DNA from: a virus
Lineage: Duplodnaviria; Heunggongvirae; Uroviricota; Caudoviricetes
Reading direction: 5' to 3' (one strand)
DNA length: 64,000 nucleotides
IMG/VR virus record: IMGVR_UViG_3300028886_000075
Part shown: piece by piece, positions 1 to 8,404 of the stretch
Position numbering within the stretch: position 1 is the stretch's first letter
Layout: each line of letters opens with the position of its first letter
Translations under genes and position numbers: made by a program
Notes under the pieces: generated by a model
The model's input: only the letters and a program-made list of their open reading frames with translations
What the model was told of the DNA's origin: nothing
The model's database searches: none

Positions 1-123
1 TTAAATGCTTATAAAGATAATGAAGATCGTAAAAATAATCAAGGAAATGGACGTCCTACTGATAAACAATTAGATAAAGTAATTGATTGGTGGAATGACT
101 ATAAAAGTTATAAAATGAAATAA
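1..123 (+). CDS. 3-prime end of an upstream CDS (partial); stop overlaps the next start (TAATG)
   Basis: Open frame 1 runs from the window edge to TAA at 121-123, which overlaps the ATG at 123. Confidence 0.4.
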   Translation, partial: LNAYKDNEDRKNNQGNGRPTDKQLDKVIDWWNDYKSYKMK

Positions 124-1520
124 TGGATCATTTAATAGATAAATATTTAAAGAAGCCTGAAGTAGTTAAAGAACTATTTCAAAAGGAAGTATCAATAAGT
201 CTTAAAGTTGATGGGGCAGCATTTCAGATATCTTATGATAAAGAAAATGATAGCATAACATATCATAAGAGAGGTGGTAGTTCTAAATCTTTAGGTCCTA
301 TTATTGATGAATATACTCAGTTAATGAGAAAGAACATTAATGATGCTATTGATTATTTTGAATCTAAAAAGGAAGTAGTTAAGAAGTATAAATTCTATGC
401 TATTGAAATGTTTAATGATTCATATATTCTTTTAACTGTTATTGATAATGATGACAATATTATTGATGATAGAAACAAGTTAATAGAAATATCAAAATCA
501 TTAGGTATAGATTGTGTTCCTATTTTATTTGAAGGTAAGTTAAATTCAGAACAAATAGAATCATTATTATCTATGATGACATTAGAACCTGAGACTTCTA
601 ATGATGTTTATAAAAAATATTTAACAGATATTTTTGGTAAAGGTGAATATGAAAAGTTCTTAAATGGAGATGAAGTTGAAGGTATAGTATTAACTTGGTC
701 TATTAATGATAAAATACAACAATTTAAAATAATAAATCCTGCATTTAAAACTCGTCATGATAAGGAGATTAAAAATGGTAATGAAGAGTTTAAAAAAGAA
801 ATGGAAGATCTTAGAAAATTATTTGAATTTTTTTATGAATCATTAAATAAATATGGATCTTATCAGTCAGATAATTGGATTGAAAATTTAAATAAGAATT
901 TTATAAATATAGTTAATAAAGAAGATTCAAAATTTAAAGAATTTAATAAGAAAATAAAACCATATTTTAAAGATTTCTTTACATTACAAATTAATAAAGT
1001 TTCAAAAGATATTAAAGAACTTATTGATAATAATGGAGATCAAATGAAATTTTATTATGAAAAATTCTTATTATTATTTAATAAATCAAAGAAACGTAAT
1101 TTTACAATATCTAAAGAATTTCAAAATAAAGTAAATAATTTAATTGAAAAACTTCAATCAAAAAATGAATCACTTAAAACATATACTATACGTAAAATGA
1201 AAAATTTAAATGTTTATATAAAAGAAGAAAAGAAAACAACTGGTTCGGGTTGTGTTAATATGGTTCAAACAATTTTAGATGAATTATCACAAAATCATCC
1301 AAATTGTAAATATGATAAAGAAAAAAATGCATGGGTTGGTAAAGATGCTGATTTATGGAAAGGTGCTGGTCAGTTCTTATATGATTATTTACATGAATTA
1401 GACCAAAAGGATTTTAAAGAAATTATAAATCATTTTGGGTGGGAACAATATATTCCTGACGTAAATGATATACATCCTGCAGAAATATCAATGTGTGTTG
1501 CTTTAGCATTACATTCATAA
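123..1520 (+). CDS. RNA ligase, T4 Rnl1 (RnlA)-like
   Basis: The nucleotidyltransferase motif I region [27 protein letters not shown] parallels T4 Rnl1 [48 protein letters not shown] parallels the Rnl1 EGYV...KIK motifs IV/V. The T4 sequence is recalled from memory. Confidence 0.65.
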   Translation: [465 protein letters not shown]

Positions 1521-1540
1521 ATAAAATATAGATTAATAAT

Positions 1541-2281
1541 ATGAAAGACTTAAAACAGTTTATATTAGAATATAAAGCTCGTATAAAAAAATCTTTTGAT
1601 TATAAAACTATTAAACAAACAATAGAATCTTGTAAACCATCATTTTTTGGTAAATCAGTAAGTATGGCAATATTATGGACTCCACAAATTTATTTTAATT
1701 ATGATAAAGGGTGGTCTACAGGTAAACCTAATAAAGAACTTTTTCATGGAAAAGATTATAAAGAAATAACATTAGGTGCATCAACAGTATTATTTATTGA
1801 ATGGTTTGCTAAGAAACATATTTTTAAAGATAATGAATTTACTGGAAGATTAGGTTGTTTTTATCCTAATATTATGAATGATGATGATAAACATAATTGG
1901 GAAGAAGTTGAAAAATATTTAGAATCTAAATATAATGCAAAAACTCAAGATAATTGTGATTATATAAAATTTGATTCTTATGAAGAATTAGAAGAAATTC
2001 TTAAAGATTTAGAAAAAATCATTAATGAATATAATACTAATTATGATAAAAATAATGCAGCATATATTTATTTTGATAAATCTGAAGCTGAACAAAATTC
2101 TTCTGATAAGAAAAAACAATATCAAATATTATCTTGTGAAGAAGAAATTATTAAACTTAATAAACAATTAGAAGACACTAAGAAAGCCGCATCTGCATCA
2201 GATACAGACCTTTCAGTAGTAATTGACATGATTAATGATAAAATTAAATTCTTTAAAAATAAAAAAGATAATATAAAATAA
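1541..2281 (+). CDS. hypothetical protein with capsid-targeting-sequence (CTS)-like N-terminus (MKDLKQFILE)
   Basis: Long ORF with a conserved N-terminal motif shared with about 24 ORFs in the window. Tightly packed. Confidence 0.65.
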   Translation: MKDLKQFILEYKARIKKSFDYKTIKQTIESCKPSFFGKSVSMAILWTPQIYFNYDKGWSTGKPNKELFHGKDYKEITLGASTVLFIEWFAKKHIFKDNEFTGRLGCFYPNIMNDDDKHNWEEVEKYLESKYNAKTQDNCDYIKFDSYEELEEILKDLEKIINEYNTNYDKNNAAYIYFDKSEAEQNSSDKKKQYQILSCEEEIIKLNKQLEDTKKAASASDTDLSVVIDMINDKIKFFKNKKDNIK

Positions 2282-2282
2282 T

Positions 2283-2597
2283 ATGAAAGATATCAAACTT
2301 TATTTGGAAAGTAAATATATAAATGAATCAACTCAAGGAGAAGATTTACATGAAGAAATAGGTCTAGCTCTTAAAGAGTTTGGTAATATCAAAAACGGTT
2401 TTAAGATGGTTAAAATCGATGATATTAAAGATGCGATGTATAAAACAGGATTTGACTTTGTTGAAGAAGATTCATCAGATGAAAAATTAGTATTTGTTGG
2501 TGAATATGTTGATACACAATATGAAGTTACTCTTTATGCAGAAGATCATGTATCAGGGAAATTCAAAATTAAAAATTTCAATGAAATAGAAGTATGA
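2283..2597 (+). CDS. hypothetical protein, CTS-like N-terminus (MKDIKLYLES)
   Basis: ORF whose start lies 2 nt after the upstream stop. Carries the conserved motif. Confidence 0.65.
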   Translation: MKDIKLYLESKYINESTQGEDLHEEIGLALKEFGNIKNGFKMVKIDDIKDAMYKTGFDFVEEDSSDEKLVFVGEYVDTQYEVTLYAEDHVSGKFKIKNFNEIEV

Positions 2598-2905
2598 AAG
2601 ATTTAAATAATTTTATAAATGAATCTATAAGTGATGTTAAGTATGCTATTCGATGGTATTATTATGCAGACGAAAAAATGTCAATATCATATCAGTCATC
2701 ATTAAATAGAGCACAATCATTTGTTCAAAAAATGCAAAAACAAGGTATGAAAATATATGAAATATATGAAATACCTTCAAATAATATAAAGCAATTTAAA
2801 ACTCTTATTAATAAGAAAGGTGATAATGAAAATCAGTTTAAAGAACTTTATAATAATTATTGGAACAAATCAGATATAGAAAAATTTTTAAGTGAAAAAC
2901 AATGA
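2594..2905 (+). CDS. hypothetical protein, CTS-like N-terminus (MKDLNNFINES)
   Basis: ATGA start/stop overlap with the upstream gene. Carries the conserved motif. Confidence 0.65.
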   Translation: MKDLNNFINESISDVKYAIRWYYYADEKMSISYQSSLNRAQSFVQKMQKQGMKIYEIYEIPSNNIKQFKTLINKKGDNENQFKELYNNYWNKSDIEKFLSEKQ

Positions 2906-3195
2906 AAGATATTAATCAATTCATTAATGAAGAAATAAATAAGTATTTCACACAACAAGAAATAGGTGAAATAATGAAAGATATGTGGGCTAAAGATGGT
3001 CAATTTTATAAATTTGTTAAAGATAAAGTTGATTCATTAAAAGCTACTGACATAAATGATTATTTAGATCAATGTTTAGATGATGATAGATGTACAGCAG
3101 AATTTGCAGCATATATAGAAATGGTTATTGGTCGTCATAATTTTAGTTTAGAGCAAGTTCAGAAATTTATAAATACAGAAGATTTAAAAGGATGA
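2902..3195 (+). CDS. hypothetical protein, CTS-like N-terminus (MKDINQFINEE)
   Basis: ATGA overlap with the upstream gene. Carries the conserved motif. Confidence 0.65.
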   Translation: MKDINQFINEEINKYFTQQEIGEIMKDMWAKDGQFYKFVKDKVDSLKATDINDYLDQCLDDDRCTAEFAAYIEMVIGRHNFSLEQVQKFINTEDLKG

Positions 3196-3217
3196 AGAAT
3201 TTATAATTTGTAAACAA

Positions 3218-3769
3218 ATGAAGAACCTAAAAGACATTATATCTGAAAAGTTAATTATAAATAAGAATATAAAGATTAATAAATATAATTATTTTCCAAA
3301 GAATAGAAGAGAACTTACGGAAATTGTTACTAATAAATATAAAGATCTTAAAGATAAAAATGAAGTATTAGATTTAAATGATATTGATGTTTCAAAAATA
3401 AAAGATCTTTCTTATTTATTTGAACTTATATATCCTAAAAAAGTAGATATGAATAACTGGAATGTAAGTAATGTAACAGATATTCATGGGTTATTTTGGA
3501 ATAATCAAATTATTGAAGAAGTTCATATAGAAGACTGGGATGTACGTAATGTAGAAACAGCTTATGGTGCTTTTTATTTTTGTAAAAACATTAAAGAATT
3601 AAATTTAGATAATTGGGAATTCAACAAATGTACAGAATTTGATTTAATGTTCAAAGGATGTAAAGAGTTAGATACTCATTTTACAGATAACTGGAAAATA
3701 ACACAAACAATAACATGTGATAACATGTTTGAAGGTTGTAAATATGCTCCAAAATGGTATAAATTATGA
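3218..3769 (+). CDS. BspA-family (DUF285-type) repeat protein, CTS-like N-terminus MKNLKDIISEKLIINKN
   Basis: Repeats of WNVSNVTDIHGLF / WDVRNVETAYGAF type. First of three tandem paralogs. Confidence 0.7.
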   Translation: MKNLKDIISEKLIINKNIKINKYNYFPKNRRELTEIVTNKYKDLKDKNEVLDLNDIDVSKIKDLSYLFELIYPKKVDMNNWNVSNVTDIHGLFWNNQIIEEVHIEDWDVRNVETAYGAFYFCKNIKELNLDNWEFNKCTEFDLMFKGCKELDTHFTDNWKITQTITCDNMFEGCKYAPKWYKL

Positions 3770-4233
3770 AAAATCTAAAAGACATTATATTAGAAAAATT
3801 AATAATCAATAAAAACACTAAAATTGATAATTATCATTATCATCCTAAAGATAAAGGTGAACTAATGAAATTATTAGATAAACTTATTGAAGAAAGAGGA
3901 TGGGAAGGTAACTTTAATGATATTGATACATCTAATATAACAGATATGTCTATGTTATTTACATTCTCACGTCCAAAGTTTAATGGTGATATATCGGAAT
4001 GGGATGTAAGTAACGTTACCAATATGCGTTTTATGTTCTGTGATACAAAATTCAGTGGCGATATATCAAATTGGGATGTAAGCAATGTTAAATATATGAC
4101 TGAAATGTTTTATGGGTGTAATGATTTTAATTGTAATTTAAATAAATGGGATGTAAGTAAAGTTGAAGATACAAGAGATATGTTTTATGGATGCCCATTA
4201 GAAAAAAATCCACCAAAATGGTATAAAATATAA
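3766..4233 (+). CDS. BspA-family (DUF285-type) repeat protein, CTS-like N-terminus
   Basis: Four or more repeats of GDISxWDVSNVxxMxxMF. ATGA overlap with the upstream paralog. Confidence 0.7.
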   Translation: MKNLKDIILEKLIINKNTKIDNYHYHPKDKGELMKLLDKLIEERGWEGNFNDIDTSNITDMSMLFTFSRPKFNGDISEWDVSNVTNMRFMFCDTKFSGDISNWDVSNVKYMTEMFYGCNDFNCNLNKWDVSKVEDTRDMFYGCPLEKNPPKWYKI

Positions 4234-4245
4234 ATATATTAAACT

Positions 4246-4917
4246 ATGAAAAATCTAAAAGACATCATTTCAGAAAAACTTATAATTAATAAGAATAGTA
4301 AAGTTAAAAAAAATGTTAAGACAACAAATGAACTTAAACAACTTATTAATAAACTTATTGAAGAACGTGGTATAAATGCAGATCTTAATGATATAGACAC
4401 TTCTGAAATAACAGATATGTCATATTTATTTTCTGATTCTAAATTTAATGGAGATATATCTGAATGGAATGTAAGTAATGTAAAAAATATGACATGTATG
4501 TTTAATAATTCTAAATTTAATGGAGATATATCTGAATGGGATGTTAGTAATGTTACTAGAATGAACGGCATGTTTATGCGTAGTAATTTTAATAATAATA
4601 TATCTTATTGGGATGTTAGTAATGTTAAACATATGAGTTTTATGTTTGCTAAAAATAAAAAATTTAATGGAGATATATCTGAATGGGATGTAAGTAATGT
4701 TGAAGACATGGAATGTATGTTTGAATATTCAATTTTTAATGGAGATATATCTAAATGGGATGTAAGTAATGTTACTAATATGAAAGAAATGTTTTATCAT
4801 TCAAAATTTAATGATATAAATGGTGATATCTCTAAATGGAATATTCGTAATGGTGTAAATATGGAACGTATGTTTAAAGGATCACCTATAGAAAATAATC
4901 AACCAAATTTTTATTAA
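4246..4917 (+). CDS. BspA-family (DUF285-type) repeat protein, CTS-like N-terminus
   Basis: Seven repeats of FNGDISEWDVSNVxxMxxMF. Confidence 0.75.
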   Translation: MKNLKDIISEKLIINKNSKVKKNVKTTNELKQLINKLIEERGINADLNDIDTSEITDMSYLFSDSKFNGDISEWNVSNVKNMTCMFNNSKFNGDISEWDVSNVTRMNGMFMRSNFNNNISYWDVSNVKHMSFMFAKNKKFNGDISEWDVSNVEDMECMFEYSIFNGDISKWDVSNVTNMKEMFYHSKFNDINGDISKWNIRNGVNMERMFKGSPIENNQPNFY

Positions 4918-4920
4918 ATA

Positions 4921-4975
4921 TTAAACTATGAAAAACTTATAATTTATAAACAAATGAAGAACCTAAAAGACATCA
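4921..4975. repeat. duplicated 5-prime module (vestigial start 'ttaaactatgaaaaa' plus 37 nt matching 3201-3237 with 1 mismatch)
   Basis: Direct comparison: 3201-3237 'ttataatttgtaaacaaatgaagaacctaaaagacat' against 4938-4974 with one substitution. 4921-4935 matches the 4240-4254 start context. Confidence 0.7.
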
Positions 4976-5457
4976 TATTAGAAAAACTTTCACCATTTAA
5001 TGTTTGGATAATGGTAGGTCTTCCTGGTGCGGGTAAATCAACATATATTAAAGAAAAATTACCTAAATCAATTAATATAGTTAGTCAAGACTATATAAGA
5101 CAAGAATTGGGTATAATAAAAGATGATACTCATAAGGCAATAGGAACCACTGAACAGGAAAAAGAAGTTACAAAAATAAATGATGAAAGAGTTGAAAAAC
5201 TTATTAAAGATAGAAAAGATTTTGTAATTGATAATACAAATGTTAAAGTAGGACGTGTTGAAAATTATTATAATAGGTTAAAGAAAATTGGTGCTAATGT
5301 TAAAATTGTTGTTGTTGATACACCTATAGAAACTTGTATTAAACGTAGAAATGATTGTATACCTGAAAACGTTATAAAACAAATGAATATTGGCATACAA
5401 AATGTTAAACAACAATTCAAAGATAATAAAGATTTAGAAATTGTTCATAATACTTAA
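4954..5457 (+). CDS. P-loop nucleotide/polynucleotide kinase-like protein (T4 Pnk kinase-domain-like), CTS-like N-terminus
   Basis: Walker A GLPGAGKST. VIDNTNVK parallels T4 Pnk ISDTNLN. 167 aa, so there is no phosphatase domain. Shares its first 12 aa with the DUF285 paralogs. Confidence 0.55.
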   Translation: MKNLKDIILEKLSPFNVWIMVGLPGAGKSTYIKEKLPKSINIVSQDYIRQELGIIKDDTHKAIGTTEQEKEVTKINDERVEKLIKDRKDFVIDNTNVKVGRVENYYNRLKKIGANVKIVVVDTPIETCIKRRNDCIPENVIKQMNIGIQNVKQQFKDNKDLEIVHNT

Positions 5458-5475
5458 ATAATTTCATATATTATT

Positions 5476-5516
5476 AAAAAATGCTTAGAAATATTTAAAT
5501 ATTTCTAAGCATTTAC
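5476..5516. terminator. perfect 30-nt palindrome tgcttagaaatattt/aaatatttctaagca flanked by A and T runs (bidirectional terminator-like)
   Basis: Read directly from the sequence. Confidence 0.6.
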
Positions 5517-5565
5517 TATATTATATCTGTAAATAAAATAATAAACAAACAATAAAAATAAAATT

Positions 5566-5874
5566 ATGACAAAGGCAAACAATTATTTCAATCTGAATGA
5601 GTTTAAGGCAGGTAAGACATGTACAACAAAGCTTGGTAATCCTGCAAAGTTCATTACAATGTGCGGAGATGGTAAAATGCTTGTTCAGGTGACTCCACGT
5701 TATCGTATTATTGAAGGTCCTACAAAGTACGCAGTAGGTGGATGTACTCCATATACTTGTAAATATAATGTAAATGGAAAGAAATACAATGGCACAGATA
5801 CAGAGTTTGACCTAGTTATGGAGGCACCAAAAATGCCACGAGATGAGAAGGGTCGTTTCGTAAAGAAGGGTTAA
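5566..5874 (+). CDS. small Lys/Gly-rich protein, putatively highly expressed
   Basis: ORF bracketed by two strong hairpins. Its codon usage (AAG, GGT, GTG) resembles the capsid and SPFH genes rather than the neighbouring genes. Confidence 0.6.
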   Translation: MTKANNYFNLNEFKAGKTCTTKLGNPAKFITMCGDGKMLVQVTPRYRIIEGPTKYAVGGCTPYTCKYNVNGKKYNGTDTEFDLVMEAPKMPRDEKGRFVKKG

Positions 5875-5905
5875 CCTAATCAATATATATATCTTTAATT
5901 AGAAA

Positions 5906-5934
5906 TTGAGGGAATTTATATTCCCTCTTTTTTG
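5906..5934 (+). terminator. rho-independent terminator (gagggaat-ttat-attccctc then TTTTTTG)
   Basis: GC-rich stem followed by a T-run. Confidence 0.75.
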
Positions 5935-6014
5935 AATATTATTTAATTTATTTTTGTTTATTATTGAAATTTTTTAAATATGTACTATATTGTATATAAC
6001 AAATAATAAATAAT

Positions 6015-6443
6015 ATGTATAGTACAGAAGATCTCAAAAATCAAGAATTAATTAATGAAGTTACTGAAGCTGCAATTGGTAAAGCTCCTGGATGTCCAAA
6101 AGGAATGGATAGAGGTACTTGGCTTCATAAAGAATTGGGTTTAGATAAAGTCAAAGGAATTCGTAGAAAATCTTCAGGAATTAATTCTTATATTGATGAA
6201 GACATTGAAAGACGTAAGGCTTTAAATACTGCATATGATATAGCAAAGAAAAAGAAATGGAATCTTGCTAAAGAAGAGTTTATTATTGATGAACAGTTTA
6301 ATTTTTCCCATACAACATGGAAAGGAGTTTTTTGTAAAGGTGGAGATACTGTAATTGCAACAGTAGAAATTATCAATAAATATATTGATGAATGTAATAA
6401 ACCTTATGGAGAACGTGATTTATCATTTATTCATTTAGTATAA
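6015..6443 (+). CDS. hypothetical protein
   Basis: 142-aa ORF with coding-like composition. Confidence 0.55.
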   Translation: MYSTEDLKNQELINEVTEAAIGKAPGCPKGMDRGTWLHKELGLDKVKGIRRKSSGINSYIDEDIERRKALNTAYDIAKKKKWNLAKEEFIIDEQFNFSHTTWKGVFCKGGDTVIATVEIINKYIDECNKPYGERDLSFIHLV

Positions 6444-6781
6444 ATATAATTATGGAGTGGTACGAAAAGTTTGAAAAGATTCGTGAGTTTGTTTGTGATG
6501 AGGAAATTATCACAGAAATGGGAAATTATTTCAATTCAGACCAAATGGAAGATTTTGTAAATGAATTAATTATTAATAATGATCTAGATTCAGAGTTTCC
6601 AGAAGATGAAGATTAAATATGATATAGAAACATACGGAGATATGTTTCCTGATGGTTTTCCAATACCTGAAAACCACAATATACACGAGAGTTCAATGAT
6701 GAATGAATATCGTAATTTTTTTGAAAATTATTATAACAAATGAATATAATTACGATAATTTATTGAAGTAATATTTTAATT

Positions 6782-7282
6782 ATGGCTGATAATTTTAGAA
6801 ATAAACAATGGTTTAAAAATATGTCTCAAAATCGTAAAGATGAGATATGTAAGAAGTTTGATATTAATGAAAAGACTTTAAAGAAATGTGGAAGAGAAAC
6901 AGATGATGGTAGAATAGTAATTGATATTCTTCGTATAGATAAGCTTCTTCATACACCTGAATGTTGGGATGAATGTTATAATAATCTTAAATCTATAAAT
7001 ATTAATAATATTCATACTAATAATTTAGATGAAATGATAGTTAATTTGCAATACATTTATATATGTATGCATCCAGAATGTTCATTTCTAAAATATAAAT
7101 CATCAGTTCATAATGATTTGTTAACTAAACAGTTTTATGATAATTTTATATATTGGTATGAATATATGTCTGAAACAAATAAATCAGATATAGATCATAT
7201 GAAATATTGTTGTTATCAAATATATAATTGTAGTAAATATTTATTTGAATCCGATTTAAAATTAATTAAGAAAAATAAGTAA
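6782..7282 (+). CDS. hypothetical Cys-rich protein
   Basis: 166-aa ORF. Its stop overlaps the next start. Confidence 0.55.
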   Translation: MADNFRNKQWFKNMSQNRKDEICKKFDINEKTLKKCGRETDDGRIVIDILRIDKLLHTPECWDECYNNLKSININNIHTNNLDEMIVNLQYIYICMHPECSFLKYKSSVHNDLLTKQFYDNFIYWYEYMSETNKSDIDHMKYCCYQIYNCSKYLFESDLKLIKKNK

Positions 7283-7560
7283 TGAGTATAATGGCAAGTA
7301 AGGAGTTAAAAACTCCACAAAATTTTAATGAAATACAAAATTTAATTAATGAGTATAACTATATGCAAGACCTCATTAAGAAAGCTGAAGATGGTAGAAA
7401 AATTTTATTAGGATTTGTTTATACTAATTCTTGTGGTACTGCCGGTAAAAATCATGAAACATTGGATTATACTTGGGGTAGAGTGTTTGCAGATTGTCTT
7501 AAAGAAAGATGTAAATTTATAGAAAATTTAATATCTAAAAATTTATCTAAAAATATTTAA
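7282..7560 (+). CDS. hypothetical protein
   Basis: 92-aa ORF with an overlapping stop/start. Confidence 0.5.
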   Translation: MSIMASKELKTPQNFNEIQNLINEYNYMQDLIKKAEDGRKILLGFVYTNSCGTAGKNHETLDYTWGRVFADCLKERCKFIENLISKNLSKNI

Positions 7561-7606
7561 TTTTTTTAATATTTACTATTTTAATAAAAATTATAAATTT
7601 TAAATA

Positions 7607-8164
7607 ATGGCTTGGTATACAATATTATTTATAACAGTTTTTAGTTTCTTTTTTATTAAATTGTTTATATCATTATTTGTTGGTGATATAGATTTGGATG
7701 TAGATTTAGATGGAGATTCAGATGTTGATTCTTCCAGTGTATTTTCTTTTAAAGGTATATTACATTTCTTAATGGGATTTAGTGCATTTCTTTTTGGTAA
7801 AGCACATATGTCAAATATAACTATTGAAAATGGATATGTACAATTTACATTATTTGACTATGTATTTGCGATTTTATCAGGAATAATTTTGGTTGTTATA
7901 TTATATTTTGCATATAAAGTTGCACTGAAAGCAAATTGTGATCCTAAACAACCTGAAGATTTAATTAATAATTCAAAAGGAAAGATCTATTTAAATATGG
8001 GTAATGGAAAATATTCTGTAGAAGCGTCAACACATGCAGGAACAATTAATGTTGAAGCATATTCTACAAATAAAGATTTAAAATCTGGAGATGAAGTTTT
8101 TTTAAAAAAGAATAATGATAGAATTATAATTGATTATGATACTGAAGGATCTACTATGGAATAA
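7607..8164 (+). CDS. membrane protein (3 predicted TM segments, acidic DxD repeats)
   Basis: Hydrophobic stretches WYTILFITVFSFFFIKLFISLFV, FLMGFSAFLF and AILSGIILVVILYFAY. Confidence 0.55.
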   Translation: MAWYTILFITVFSFFFIKLFISLFVGDIDLDVDLDGDSDVDSSSVFSFKGILHFLMGFSAFLFGKAHMSNITIENGYVQFTLFDYVFAILSGIILVVILYFAYKVALKANCDPKQPEDLINNSKGKIYLNMGNGKYSVEASTHAGTINVEAYSTNKDLKSGDEVFLKKNNDRIIIDYDTEGSTME

Positions 8165-8404
8165 AACAGTTAAGAATACTGCATTAGGAATATGGATATT
8201 TACTACATCATTAGTTGTTGGTAAGGCATTATATGATTACACTATATATTCTAATTTGAAATATATTAAAAAGAAGTTAAATAACGTAACATTTGATGAA
8301 ACATAACAATAATATATTTAATTAAGTATAAAATTACACAATATGATAAAGTATATTAATAACATTTTTAATTATTAACGTTTTTAATTTAAAATTTTTA
8401 ACAA

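Noticed and set aside
3840-4632. Minus-strand ORFs 3840-4085, 4239-4571 and 4426-4632 opposite the DUF285 genes
   Set aside because: They are antisense to the repeat-containing genes and recur only because of the repeat structure. They have no independent start context.
6452-6616. 54-aa acidic ORF (MEWYEKFEKIRE...) in the 6444-6781 gap
   Set aside because: It is plausible as a small gene but falls below a confident length, so it is left out of the features. The gap may also hold a degraded gene, because a second short frame follows.
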